DNA of 64,000 nucleotides from the NCBI GenBank assembly GCA_016928995.1, contig JAFGJS010000037.1:5895-69894 (forward strand). The letters are read 5' to 3'. Origin of the DNA: Candidatus Sumerlaeota bacterium. Lineage in GTDB: Bacteria > Sumerlaeota > Sumerlaeia > JAFGJS01. Shown here piece after piece: positions 49,326-59,395 of the stretch. The notes beneath the pieces were generated by a model, which was not told where the DNA came from, made no database searches, and was given only the letters and a program-made list of their open reading frames with translations. The stretch's first letter is position 1. The number at the start of each line of letters is the position of its first letter. A program made the position numbers and the translations under genes.

Positions 49326-49871
49326 TTGAATCCAAACGAGCACACACCGGAAGCCGATGCAGAGGAGATTCGCGGATTGCAACGGCTTTGCGAGGAGCGG
49401 ATCGCGGAGCGGCGTGAACTCGCGGCGAAGCAATTCCGCCGTGCGGAGGAGTTCCTTTGGTCGCTGCACACGCCGGAGCAGATCAACCGGCTGGTGGGCG
49501 ACATGCAGCGGCAGGGATACGCGGAGGGCGCGCGGCGTTCGTCCTGCGCCACGCGATGGCTGCCGCAACGGCTGTATTGCTGGCTGGCGCGCAAGGTCGC
49601 CGGGCCGTTCGCCGCGCCGTACGTGCAGGGGGCGCTGCTGAATTACAATTACGTATTGCGCGAAACAGCGCTGGATTTATACGCCGTGCTGGACCTGCGA
49701 TACGGACGGCCGGAAGAATTACTGAAGGCCGATGAGGGCAAGTCGCCCGCGAAGGATGATGAATTGCGCGCGCTCCGGCGCCTGCTCGATGCTTGCCAGG
49801 CGCGGCTCGATCAGCTTGATTCCAGCGGCAAGTTAAACAGCGACGACGGCGAGGGCGGCGTTCAATCATGA
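49326..49871 (+). CDS. Hypothetical soluble protein (181 aa).
   Basis: An ORF with a 4-nt stop/start overlap with the next gene. I recognise no motifs in it. Confidence 0.4.
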   Translation: MNPNEHTPEADAEEIRGLQRLCEERIAERRELAAKQFRRAEEFLWSLHTPEQINRLVGDMQRQGYAEGARRSSCATRWLPQRLYCWLARKVAGPFAAPYVQGALLNYNYVLRETALDLYAVLDLRYGRPEELLKADEGKSPAKDDELRALRRLLDACQARLDQLDSSGKLNSDDGEGGVQS

Positions 49872-51727
49872 TCGCTGGGGTGGATTTGCAATATTTGCTG
49901 GGACCGGGGCGCCGCGAGGAGTTCGGCCGGCGTCTGCTGAAGTTCTTCGCCCAATGGGCGCGCGATTTTCCCGACGACCCGTTGATCGGTTTCCATGTTA
50001 AGCCTATCGAGGATGGCGGCGCTTTACCGTTTCGGGAAATCCGGCGATGGCCGTTGCGGCGTCCGCTCAAGGCGTTGCTCGACGCCGGACCGATGACAGC
50101 GCAAGCCTGGGAGGATCAGGCGGGATGCGCGGAGCTGGACTGGCTGTTGATCCCTGGTCCGCTGGATGAATCCACGCTGTTGCCGGGCGGCGCTCCCTGC
50201 CGCATCGCCGCCATCGTGAGCGACGCGGACTTGCGCCGTTTCACGCGCACGCCGCGTCTGCCCGATGCGAGCATCGCCGGCCGCAACACGCTGAGCAACC
50301 GGCTGCAAGTTTTGCAGAATTACGAACGGGTCTTTTTTTTCACGGACATCGAAACGCCGCCTCAACGTCTGTCCGGTCTGGCCGACAAGATCGAGTTCAG
50401 CGAAAAAAGCGGCAATGAATATAATCATCGCGGCTATGATCCGGCTGTTTTTCGCGGCCAATTGCAGGAGCGCATCCAGAATTTTCCCGCGATTCAATCC
50501 GCGGCCCCGGCCGCCGGAAAAGCCAAACGCAAGCTGGCCGTGTTCACGCCGCTGCGGCCGGTGCGCTCGGGAATTTCCGACTACAGCGAGCATCTGCTTG
50601 CGCAGCTGGCCGATGATTTTGAGATCACTGTTTTTCTCGACGGCTATCACCCGGCACGGCAGGAGCTCTTTCCGCCGTTACGCTGGCATCACGCGGCGGA
50701 CTTCGAGCGCTGGCTGCGCGCCGGGAATGAGGACGCCGCTCTGGTGTATGTGATGGGCAACAACGAATGCCATCGCAACATTTATCACTGGTCGCGGCGC
50801 GCGCCGGGGATCATGGAATTCCATGACGACGTTCCTCTGGCGTATGGCATGCATGACCGCAACTTCTGGATGAACCGGCTCGATTGGCTGGAATTGGTTG
50901 AACAGGAGCACGGCCGCACATTGGAGGAACTGCACCGCAATCCGCCCGACGATGAGACGTTATGCGACCTGCTGCCCATGACGCGCGCCTTCGCCGACGG
51001 CCAGCGCGGCTGCATCGTGCACAACGAATGGCTTGGCGAGCAGGTGCGCGGCAACTGTCCGCAACTGCCGGTCTGCAACACCGGACTGGGTGTGGATTGG
51101 CCGGAACCGCCGCATGAAAACGGCGCGCGGCGCGCGGCCCTGCGAGCCAAATTCGGCGTGCGGGAGAGCCATGCGCTTTTCATCGTCATTGGCGAGATCA
51201 ATCCATTCAAGCGCTTTGAGCAGATTTTCCGCGGCTTCAGCATCGCGCGCATGGCCTGCCCGGATATCATTCTGATTGTGGCCGGCGGCGCGCAGGATGA
51301 AGCGCTTAACCGCTATATCGCGGACGGCATGGAGCGCTATGGTCTGGACGACGGCGCGGCGATACGATTGGGATATCTGGAGCGTGAGGATTTCCTCGGT
51401 TTGATCGATGCGGCGGACGCCGGCATCAACCTGCGCTGGCCCACGCTCGGCGAGACCAGCGCCACGCTGACTCAATTGATGGGCGCGGGCAAGCCCGTGC
51501 TTGTCACTAACCGCTGTCAATTCAAGGAATACCCGGACGAAGCCTGCTGGAAAATCGAGCCCGGCGAACGCGAGGCAGAGCGCATCGCGCAGGCCATCGT
51601 CGCCCTGGCGCGCCATCCGCGTCATCGCCGCGCCATCGGCGCCTTTGCGCAAGATTACATCGCGCGTTTTTCCTGGGACCAGGTCGCCGCGCGCTTTCGT
51701 GATTTCATCGAGCAGGTTTATGGCTGA
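49868..51727 (+). CDS. Glycosyltransferase family 4 (GT-B) C-terminal domain fused to a roughly 300-aa N-terminal domain of unknown function.
   Basis: C-terminal FIVIGEINPFKRFEQI ... ADAGINLRWPTLGETSATLTQLMGAGKPVL (GT4 EX7E-like region). Confidence 0.7.
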   Translation: MIAGVDLQYLLGPGRREEFGRRLLKFFAQWARDFPDDPLIGFHVKPIEDGGALPFREIRRWPLRRPLKALLDAGPMTAQAWEDQAGCAELDWLLIPGPLDESTLLPGGAPCRIAAIVSDADLRRFTRTPRLPDASIAGRNTLSNRLQVLQNYERVFFFTDIETPPQRLSGLADKIEFSEKSGNEYNHRGYDPAVFRGQLQERIQNFPAIQSAAPAAGKAKRKLAVFTPLRPVRSGISDYSEHLLAQLADDFEITVFLDGYHPARQELFPPLRWHHAADFERWLRAGNEDAALVYVMGNNECHRNIYHWSRRAPGIMEFHDDVPLAYGMHDRNFWMNRLDWLELVEQEHGRTLEELHRNPPDDETLCDLLPMTRAFADGQRGCIVHNEWLGEQVRGNCPQLPVCNTGLGVDWPEPPHENGARRAALRAKFGVRESHALFIVIGEINPFKRFEQIFRGFSIARMACPDIILIVAGGAQDEALNRYIADGMERYGLDDGAAIRLGYLEREDFLGLIDAADAGINLRWPTLGETSATLTQLMGAGKPVLVTNRCQFKEYPDEACWKIEPGEREAERIAQAIVALARHPRHRRAIGAFAQDYIARFSWDQVAARFRDFIEQVYG

Positions 51728-51827
51728 GCGCCGCGCGCGACATGTGATTTTTTTACTTTTTGACAATCCCGTCTTTTCCGGCTGAAATGCCGCCCAATTA
51801 CGCCGCGAACATTCGGAGATAAAAAAT

Positions 51828-52406
51828 ATGCCGCTTTACCTGGCCGTAGTGCATTATCCTTGCAGCAATAAACAGGGCGAGGTCGTCACGACTTCGATCA
51901 CCAATTTCGACATTCACGATATCGGGCGTTCCGGTCGCACCTACGAGTGCGAGGCGGTCTATCTGGTCAATCCCGTGCCGAGTCAGCTTTGGTTCGCCAA
52001 TCGCGTGCTGGAGCACTGGACCGAGGGCGCCGGGGCGGAGTACAACTGGACGCGCAAGGAGTCGATGAGCCGTGTGCAGACCATCGAGGATCTGGTGACA
52101 CTGACAGAACAACTGGAGGCGAAGCACGGCCGCCCGCCGGTGTATATCGCCACGTCAGCCCGCAAGACGCATGAGACCTGGGGCTATGTGGCCATGCGTG
52201 AAAAGATGGAGGCCGATCCCGACACGCCGTGGGTGCTGCTGTTCGGCACGGGCTGGGGGCTGCATAAGGACCTGATGGACGAAGTGGATTACATCCTCGA
52301 TCCGATCTACGGCGCCGGCGACTACAATCACCTCAGCGTGCGCGCCGCCGTGGCGATCATCCTCGACCGCCTGCGCGGCGAAAAGTGGCACGAAAGCAAG
52401 CTATAA
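51828..52406 (+). CDS. Putative SAM-dependent RNA methyltransferase of the SPOUT-like Methyltrn_RNA_4 type (tentative).
   Basis: About 190 aa with NFDIHDIGRSGRTYECEAVYLV ... LLFGTGWGL ... HLSVRAAVAIILDRL, which resembles a knotted methyltransferase core. Confidence 0.45.
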   Translation: MPLYLAVVHYPCSNKQGEVVTTSITNFDIHDIGRSGRTYECEAVYLVNPVPSQLWFANRVLEHWTEGAGAEYNWTRKESMSRVQTIEDLVTLTEQLEAKHGRPPVYIATSARKTHETWGYVAMREKMEADPDTPWVLLFGTGWGLHKDLMDEVDYILDPIYGAGDYNHLSVRAAVAIILDRLRGEKWHESKL

Positions 52407-53717
52407 TCATCTTTCATATTGCGAGTATATTTTTCGCGCTTCGTCGGCGATGATGCTGAGGCCGCGTTGGACGGTCGCTTCGTTTTGGGCGTAGCTGATG
52501 CGGAGGCATTCGTCGCGCTGTTTCCATTCGCCTTCGAGGCCAGGAAAGAAGTGGCGGCCGGGCACAACCAGCACGCCGCGGGCTTTGAGGCGTTCGTAAA
52601 ATTCCTGCGAGCTGATGGGCAGATCGCGAAACCATAGCCAAAGGAAGAACGCGCCTTCGGGTTTATGCACGCGGCAGTCGATGCCGCGCAGCTCGCGGCG
52701 CAATTGCTCGACGGCGCGGTCGGCGCGCGACTGGTAGTAGGGCCGGATCACGTCGCGGCCAAGGCTGAGCAGTTTGTCTTCGCGGATGAGTTCATTGGCC
52801 AAGGTTGCGCCGATGCGGTTCGGCGCGAGGCACATGATCGCGCTGGCGGCGGAGATGGCGGCGATGATTTCCTCGCTGGCCACGACGATGCCGGTGCGCA
52901 GGGCGGGCAGGCCGAATTTGCTCAGGCTCATGCAGAGTATCGTGCGCGGACTCCATTGCGGCGCGGCGTCGCTGAAGACGATGCCGGGAAACGGCAGTCC
53001 GTAAGCGCCGTCGATGATCAGCGGCACGTCGCGCTCCTCGGCGAGGCGCATCAGGCGCTGCGTCTCCTCGTCGCTCATCATGTTCCCCGTGGGATTCGTC
53101 GGGCGCGAAAAGCAGATCGCGCCGGCGTCGTCAACGGCCTCCAGGCGCTGGAAATCGACGTGGTACTTGAACAGCAGATCGTCGATGTATTCGATCTCCG
53201 GCTGGACGGCGCGGAAGATGCCAGGCTCCAACCCCACGTCGGAATAGCCGATGTATTCCGGCGCGAGCGGCAGCAGAATTTTTTTGAACGAGCCGTCGCC
53301 ATAGCGTCCGGCGAACATATTGAACAGGATGAAGAACGCTCCTTGGCTGCCCGTGGTCAGCGCGATGTTGCGCGGTCCGACGTCCCAGCCGCATTCCCGG
53401 TGCAGCAGCGCGGCGAGCGATTCGATGAAAGCCGGGTTGCCCTGCGGCGAATCGTAATCGCCGATGGCGCGCTCGAATGCGCCGTCGCGCTCCAGGATGC
53501 GCTGCATGGCGCCGCGGATGCATTGCTGCACCTCGGGGATATGGGCCGGATTGCCGCCGCCGAGCATCAGCATGCCCTTTTCGGAGAGCGCACGGCCCAA
53601 GTCGTCCATCAACAGATTGATGCCGGAGTTGCTCGTAATCTTTTGGCCGAATGTTGAAAGTTTCATTCTGTTTTTTTCAGGCTTTCTTGCGCCAGTTGTT
53701 CGGTCATTCTTCGTCAA
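52407..53717 (-). CDS. PLP-dependent class I aminotransferase (valine-pyruvate / AvtA-like).
   Basis: Fold-type I motifs; SLSKFGLPALRTGIVVA contains the PLP-binding Lys context. Confidence 0.8.
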   Translation of the reverse strand: MTKNDRTTGARKPEKNRMKLSTFGQKITSNSGINLLMDDLGRALSEKGMLMLGGGNPAHIPEVQQCIRGAMQRILERDGAFERAIGDYDSPQGNPAFIESLAALLHRECGWDVGPRNIALTTGSQGAFFILFNMFAGRYGDGSFKKILLPLAPEYIGYSDVGLEPGIFRAVQPEIEYIDDLLFKYHVDFQRLEAVDDAGAICFSRPTNPTGNMMSDEETQRLMRLAEERDVPLIIDGAYGLPFPGIVFSDAAPQWSPRTILCMSLSKFGLPALRTGIVVASEEIIAAISAASAIMCLAPNRIGATLANELIREDKLLSLGRDVIRPYYQSRADRAVEQLRRELRGIDCRVHKPEGAFFLWLWFRDLPISSQEFYERLKARGVLVVPGRHFFPGLEGEWKQRDECLRISYAQNEATVQRGLSIIADEARKIYSQYER

Positions 53718-55104
53718 ACAATTCGTACTTCAGCATTTTATTATGCAGACTTTTGCGGCTGATACCGAGCAGGTCGGCGGCCTCTTGACGCCGGCCTTCC
53801 ACCTTGCGCAAGGCAGCGAGGATCATCTTGATCTCCAGTTTGGCGGTCTGCTCTTCGATCACGTCGCTCATGGATTGCGAGAAATCGAAGCCGCTCATCG
53901 ATAGATCGCCGGATTCATCCGTCTGCGGTTCAAGGCTGGCCGGCAGTGACGGGAGATGTTGCGGTTGCACCACGCCCTCACCGGTCAGCACCACGCCGCG
54001 TTGCACGGCGTTTTGCAGCTGGCGGATGTTCCCTGGCCAATTATACGAAACAAGGATGTCCATCGCTTCCGGATCGATGGAACGCACATCCTTGTTGAAG
54101 GCTTTTGAATAGTGGTCCAGGAAGTGATGCACCAGCAGCGGCAAGTCCTCCATGCGTTCGCGCAACGGCGGCGCCTCGATGGAGATCACATTGAGCCGGT
54201 AGAATAAATCCTCGCGAAACTTGCCCTGGTTCACTTCGGCTTGCAGGTTCCGGTTGGTCGCGGCGATCACGCGCAGGTCCACATGGATCGTCTGCACGCT
54301 GCCCACGCGCGAGATTTCCCGCTCCTGCAGCGTGCGGAGGAGCTTCGGCTGGAGGCTCAGCGGAATCTCGCCGATCTCATCAAGGAAAATCGAGCCGCCG
54401 CTCGCCGTTTCGAACAGCCCCTGCTTGCGCTGAAAGGCGCCGGTGAACGCGCCCTTTTCATGGCCGAAAAGCTCGCTTTCCAACAGCGTGTCCGGGATCG
54501 CCGCGCAGTTCACCTTGGTCAAATCCTGGTCGCGGCGCTGGCTGAGCGCATGGATCGCCTCGGCGATGAGCTCCTTGCCCGTGCCGCTCTCGCCGGTGAT
54601 CAGCACCGTCGCGTCGGAGTCGGCCACGCGCTGGATCATTTCGAACACGCGCTTCATCGCCGCGCTTTCGCCGATGATGTTCTGATACGCCGAGTGGCTG
54701 CGCAGCTGCGTTTGCAACTCCGCCACGCGGCGGGCCAGCGCGGCGCGCTCCACGGCCCGGCCGACGACCGTGCGCAGCTCCTGAATGTCGAAGGGCTTGT
54801 GAAACAGATCATACGCGCCGAGCTCATAAGCCTCGCGCGCGACCTTGGGCGAGCCGTAGGCCGTGACGATCAGGCAGACGGAAGACGGGCGCTTGTCGCG
54901 GATTTGCTTCATCGCCTCGATGCCGCCGAGGCGCGGCATCTTGATGTCGAGGATGATCACGTCGAAAACGGATTCCTGCGCTTTATCCACGGCCTGCTGT
55001 CCGTCCACGGCCTCGTCGATCTCATATCCCTCGCGGCGCAGCATTTCGCGCAGTGTCAAACGCACATTCAATTCATCATCGGCAATGAGGATTTTCGGCG
55101 ACAA
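53704..55104 (-). CDS. Sigma-54-dependent transcriptional response regulator (NtrC family: REC, AAA+ and Fis-type HTH).
   Basis: [15 protein letters not shown] Walker A, the GAFTGA sigma-54 contact motif and a C-terminal HTH ([16 protein letters not shown]). It overlaps the aminotransferase start by 14 nt. Confidence 0.9.
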   Translation of the reverse strand: MSPKILIADDELNVRLTLREMLRREGYEIDEAVDGQQAVDKAQESVFDVIILDIKMPRLGGIEAMKQIRDKRPSSVCLIVTAYGSPKVAREAYELGAYDLFHKPFDIQELRTVVGRAVERAALARRVAELQTQLRSHSAYQNIIGESAAMKRVFEMIQRVADSDATVLITGESGTGKELIAEAIHALSQRRDQDLTKVNCAAIPDTLLESELFGHEKGAFTGAFQRKQGLFETASGGSIFLDEIGEIPLSLQPKLLRTLQEREISRVGSVQTIHVDLRVIAATNRNLQAEVNQGKFREDLFYRLNVISIEAPPLRERMEDLPLLVHHFLDHYSKAFNKDVRSIDPEAMDILVSYNWPGNIRQLQNAVQRGVVLTGEGVVQPQHLPSLPASLEPQTDESGDLSMSGFDFSQSMSDVIEEQTAKLEIKMILAALRKVEGRRQEAADLLGISRKSLHNKMLKYELFDEE

Positions 55105-55235
55105 TTTTCATCCTTTCGATGTCTGCTGTTCATTATCGCCGGTTTGCGCCCAGAGTCAACAGCGATCCCATGCATGCTTTTCACTTGACAAGACGCCCTG
55201 TGACGGCAAGATTGCCCCTCCATTCGCTGAGATTG

Positions 55236-55310
55236 GCGCGTGTAGCACAATGGCTAGTGCATCGGCCTTCCAAGCCGAGGATACGGGTTCGATTCCCGTC
55301 ACGCGCTCCA
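55236..55310 (+). tRNA. tRNA-Gly (anticodon UCC) with encoded CCA.
   Basis: Hand-folded cloverleaf: acceptor GCGCGTG/CACGCGC, D-arm GCAC-AATGGCT-AGTGC, anticodon stem TCGGC/GCCGA with loop CTTCCAA, and T-arm ACGGG-TTCGATT-CCCGT. Confidence 0.85.
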
Positions 55311-55497
55311 CCGAAATTGGGCGAATTACGAAGATTTACTTTTCTTCTTCCGCCGATTTTTCCGAGTGTTTTTCCAATAAAGTTTTGGTGTTGTCACAGG
55401 CGGCTTTCACCGAGGCATGATTGTTCATGCAACGGCGTCTATCGTCAGCGGTTGTCCGTTTCCACAGGTAGGATCGGGCTAAGCGTTTTCTTATCAG

Positions 55498-57039
55498 TTA
55501 TCGTTCGTATTGCAATTCGTCATTGGATTCTGTTTCGGCTGCGCCCGGTTTCCATGATGAGGCTGGACCTGAAGTTTGTTTTCCATAAGAAATGATAGCT
55601 TCGCTTAACTGGCTTCCCGTAACCGGAATGGGCGCTTTGATGAGTTCGGGAATATTATAGGCCCAGGCCAGCGAATCATAGTACGCCGGATTCTGCTGAG
55701 GCAGCAGAAACGGCTTGTGCGCCACGCCATTCGCATCGACATAACTGAAGAACGGCCGGGAAAAACGGCCATCAAGGCGTTTGCTGTTGAAAGCAATCCA
55801 GCGGCCATTGCTCGACCAGCTGTGCCAGGTGTCGGGCCGTTTGCTGCTGATGGATAGTTTGCGGTGTTCGCCGCTCTCCATATCCATCAGGTATAAGTCG
55901 CACTGGGCCTGGTGAATGGGAAAGTCGCTGTATGGCGAAACGTTGAACAAGAGGAACCGGTCATCGGGCGAGAATCGCGGCTGGTTGATGCTGCCGTCCA
56001 CTGCTTTCGCGGATAGAACCGTCTCCAGCTCGCCCCATTCGCCGCTTTCCGCATCATAGCGGATTCGCATTAAGTCGCAGCGCACTTCACGATAGCGTTC
56101 CTTCGGGAGCTGCGGCGCGCTGCAGAAATACAAGTATCGGCCGTCGCGGGACCATTCTGGAAATGTCTCCATGCGATCGATCTTGCTGATCTTGTTTTCT
56201 CGGATGACTTCTCGCGTATCCAGGCGGTACAGGTCCAAATCGCAGGCGAGGTCGAACACGTCGCGCACTTCCTGGACCTTCGTATGGATCAGCATCTGGA
56301 ATTTGTTGTCGGTGATGGCCAGAAGCTTGCCATTGGGATGCCAGGCGGAAAAACCGGTCTTCCCGGACGTCAGTTCGGTTTTCGTGCTGATGGGTTCGAC
56401 TTGATTATTTTCAACCAGCAACATGGGGGTGCCGTATGTTGAGGATCTTGCCTGAAGCGCCATATGATGGGGATCATTATTGAGATAAGAATGGCAGTGC
56501 ATGCACCCATAGCTGAACAACCGGTTATGCAATACGACGGATTCTTCGTAGTTTTCCAGATTCCTTTGATAGAAGCCCATGTCGTTCCAGATCACCGAAA
56601 TCATGATTTTCCGGTATGTTAAGAAAGGGTCGATGCCAGCGTCCGCAACGGTGTTTTCAATCGTCTCGAAGCGGCTCCAGTTGTTCTCGCTGTCTTTCAC
56701 GTATACATCAAAATAAAGTTTCCGCCCATGGTTGGCGTCCAGCAGTTTTTTCCAACGATCCACCGGGATTTCAATGTCTGGCTTTCGACTGTGAATTTCG
56801 ATGGGATCGCCGTCTTTGGAGTAAATTTTCACATAATGACCGGCGCCGTTTTCTTCGATCAGAAAATTCAGGGGAGCGATATTCGGAGGGATGACGACGC
56901 CGCAATAGTCCGGACGGATTTTAGCGGGACGGTCGATTGAGCGGGATGCATCGATGACCGCCGTCTTATCGCATTGGGTGAAAACCAACGCGCAAGCCAA
57001 CAATGCTAACGTCAATGTCGATGATGCCGTAGTTCTCAT
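55498..57039 (-). CDS. Secreted PD40/TolB-like beta-propeller protein with a conserved CxxCH motif (module copy A).
   Basis: Signal peptide ending in VFTQC. PD40-like repeats (WHPNGKLLA, WSRDGRYLYF, FSPDDRFLLF, WSSNGRWIAF). GCMHCH at about 56489-56506. Confidence 0.6.
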   Translation of the reverse strand: MRTTASSTLTLALLACALVFTQCDKTAVIDASRSIDRPAKIRPDYCGVVIPPNIAPLNFLIEENGAGHYVKIYSKDGDPIEIHSRKPDIEIPVDRWKKLLDANHGRKLYFDVYVKDSENNWSRFETIENTVADAGIDPFLTYRKIMISVIWNDMGFYQRNLENYEESVVLHNRLFSYGCMHCHSYLNNDPHHMALQARSSTYGTPMLLVENNQVEPISTKTELTSGKTGFSAWHPNGKLLAITDNKFQMLIHTKVQEVRDVFDLACDLDLYRLDTREVIRENKISKIDRMETFPEWSRDGRYLYFCSAPQLPKERYREVRCDLMRIRYDAESGEWGELETVLSAKAVDGSINQPRFSPDDRFLLFNVSPYSDFPIHQAQCDLYLMDMESGEHRKLSISSKRPDTWHSWSSNGRWIAFNSKRLDGRFSRPFFSYVDANGVAHKPFLLPQQNPAYYDSLAWAYNIPELIKAPIPVTGSQLSEAIISYGKQTSGPASSWKPGAAETESNDELQYER

Positions 57040-57164
57040 GCCCTTGCCCGTTATCGATCCCTTGATCTATTTTATCCAGCTGGATCGGCCGTGAAACGCT
57101 GCACCGGCCTCCTTGACCGATGACTCTTTTTAACGGATTAAAAGGTCCGTGATGCGCTTTCAAC

Positions 57165-59189
57165 TTACCGTATCAATTGACTCCCTGAAAATCCATAGAC
57201 GTTGTAGAAATAATAAGTGTCGCCGAATTTATCCGCCAATTCGGTCAAGGCCGCCTGTTTATCGTTATGCTTATTCAATATATTGATGAGCTCCTGAAGC
57301 CGTGTGATCGATTCCGGACTGATTTCATAGCCATATAAATCCGGTCTTTGACCCGTGGTCTGCATATAGATGACCAATGCTTCCTCAAACGCTCGCGGGA
57401 GCGTGGCATACTGAAAATCGCGCAGACGTTCGATATTATTAACAATCTCCAACACCTCTCTGCGCTGAAAATAACTGGCCATTAAGTATTCAAAGGCCAT
57501 TCGGTTATGCTTGTTTTGGGCGAGCAACTCGGTCAGCGAGCCTTCGTTGATACTGTCATCATCCGGTATCAGGGAACGAATCCGTTGGATTTCCTCGTCC
57601 GAGGAAAAATCAGGATCCTCTTCGAGCCGGTCCAACAGCTCCTGCGCCTGGTCCCTGTAGAGGAAATCCTCGCGCAGGATGCGCAACAACGCGCGGGCGG
57701 TCTCTGGTTGCCGCTTGACGATGTTGATCAGGGCCAGCCGCTTCAATGCCTGCGGATGGTATTTCAATCCCGCCAAAGCGTCCCAGGCGAAGTTCTCGGC
57801 TTCATTGACGCGGCCCAGCTCATAATAAGTCTCGCTGAGATCTAAAAATCGGGCCCTTCTTTCCATGGCGCTTAACGATCTTGATGCCGCTTCGACGTGA
57901 TAAAGACACCAGTCGATTGGCTGGGGATAGGCGAACATCTCATCAAGCAACCGGCCGCTATGGTAGAGCGCTCGATTGACATCATGGCAATAACAGACGT
58001 TGAAGTATTTCGTGCCAAGGTTGCGGGCTTCGTACAGAACTTCATTCCACATCCGCTGCTGGGAGTAAAAGCGGATGCGAAGATAATGTCTTTCTTGATG
58101 ATTCGTTGATAGCAGGACGACGCAGATTAGGATAATCAGCAGAATTATCGCGGATAACATACCATGCGATGGGTTTGCATTCTGGCTCGTATCGGCTTTG
58201 CTTTGCTGAATCTTATCGTCTTTGCTTTTCCGGCTTTTCTTTTTTCGGGCTTTGCCCTTATCGGCATCGACGCGCCTGAATCGGTTCTGGAGCTTGTCGC
58301 TGTTGTAGCGCCAATACACACTGGCCAATCCGGCGATCGGAAAAAAAACATAGAGAAAATAATAGAGCACGGGTCCATTAAAATAAACGGATAATGGGTC
58401 GTAGGGCAGGACTGCCGGATCATTGGGCAGGATGCAGAGATATACTTCGGCGGCGCTGATGTCGAACAGCAGCGCGCTGACTACGATGGGGATCAGCGCC
58501 GCTGAGATCAACGCCCCAAGATCCACAAGCCAAGCGCGTTTAACGAGCAATTCGTACAGCGCGCAGAGCATCACGAAAGGCAGATATGCGAAAACCGCCG
58601 CGTAGTAAATCACAGCGGAAAAAAACAAAAACAAGATGAAGCGAAGCGCGCCGCGCCGTATGCATGCGCGAGTATAAAGATAGAACAGCAGCAGACCAAG
58701 CGCGATGGATAAGTTCTCCATCATGAAGTGATAGTAGCGGCTGTATTGCAGCAGAACCACAATCGCCGGAATGAAGCGGAGCGCCCGCAGCCGTCCGTCG
58801 CTCATCACGTCCAGGCATTGGCCGGTTCCCCAGCTCAGCAACCAGGCGACAGCGGTGATGATCAGCGCTCCCGCCCATGAATAGTGGAAACAATAGAGCA
58901 GCACGCCCGCCGCGCACATCGCCGTCTTGCCGGGAAAACCTGGTATCTGCTCAAATCCCCCCGAACCCGGAACGTAAGGCGGCAGGCGCCAATAGCTCAT
59001 AATGCTGCAGTGAAGCAGCCTCGGATCGAGATAGAGGAAGATATAAAGAAAAAACAAGAGATAAAAAAACAGGTGAAAAAAAAACGTCGCGCGCCATCCG
59101 TCCCTCGCCGCATCTGTATTTGGCGCGTCAACCATCGTTTGCTGCTCCTGCAGAATTGAAGATTCAGTAGCATCAAGCCATGCCTGCAA
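57165..59189 (-). CDS. Polytopic membrane protein (about 10 TM) with a poly-basic loop and a C-terminal TPR-like helical domain (module copy A).
   Basis: The hydrophobic N-terminal half has an RKKKSRKSK loop. The C-terminal roughly 330 aa is helical-repeat-like. It is a paralogue of 61014..63065. Confidence 0.55.
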   Translation of the reverse strand: MQAWLDATESSILQEQQTMVDAPNTDAARDGWRATFFFHLFFYLLFFLYIFLYLDPRLLHCSIMSYWRLPPYVPGSGGFEQIPGFPGKTAMCAAGVLLYCFHYSWAGALIITAVAWLLSWGTGQCLDVMSDGRLRALRFIPAIVVLLQYSRYYHFMMENLSIALGLLLFYLYTRACIRRGALRFILFLFFSAVIYYAAVFAYLPFVMLCALYELLVKRAWLVDLGALISAALIPIVVSALLFDISAAEVYLCILPNDPAVLPYDPLSVYFNGPVLYYFLYVFFPIAGLASVYWRYNSDKLQNRFRRVDADKGKARKKKSRKSKDDKIQQSKADTSQNANPSHGMLSAIILLIILICVVLLSTNHQERHYLRIRFYSQQRMWNEVLYEARNLGTKYFNVCYCHDVNRALYHSGRLLDEMFAYPQPIDWCLYHVEAASRSLSAMERRARFLDLSETYYELGRVNEAENFAWDALAGLKYHPQALKRLALINIVKRQPETARALLRILREDFLYRDQAQELLDRLEEDPDFSSDEEIQRIRSLIPDDDSINEGSLTELLAQNKHNRMAFEYLMASYFQRREVLEIVNNIERLRDFQYATLPRAFEEALVIYMQTTGQRPDLYGYEISPESITRLQELINILNKHNDKQAALTELADKFGDTYYFYNVYGFSGSQLIR

Positions 59190-59395
59190 ACCATGCGAAA
59201 GTCAAGCGCAATGCCGGAGCGGTCAATTAAGGGGGTTCTTAAGGATTAAGTTTCGAGCTTAAGAAATGTAATCATTTGGATGCAAAGATATAAGGGAAAT
59301 CGCTATCAATTTAATTCCGGTGGACTGCCGGCGATGAGCACGGGCAGCCGTTGTTGTCGCTTCGAAAGGAAGGATCGGCTTGGTGTTTTCCAGAT

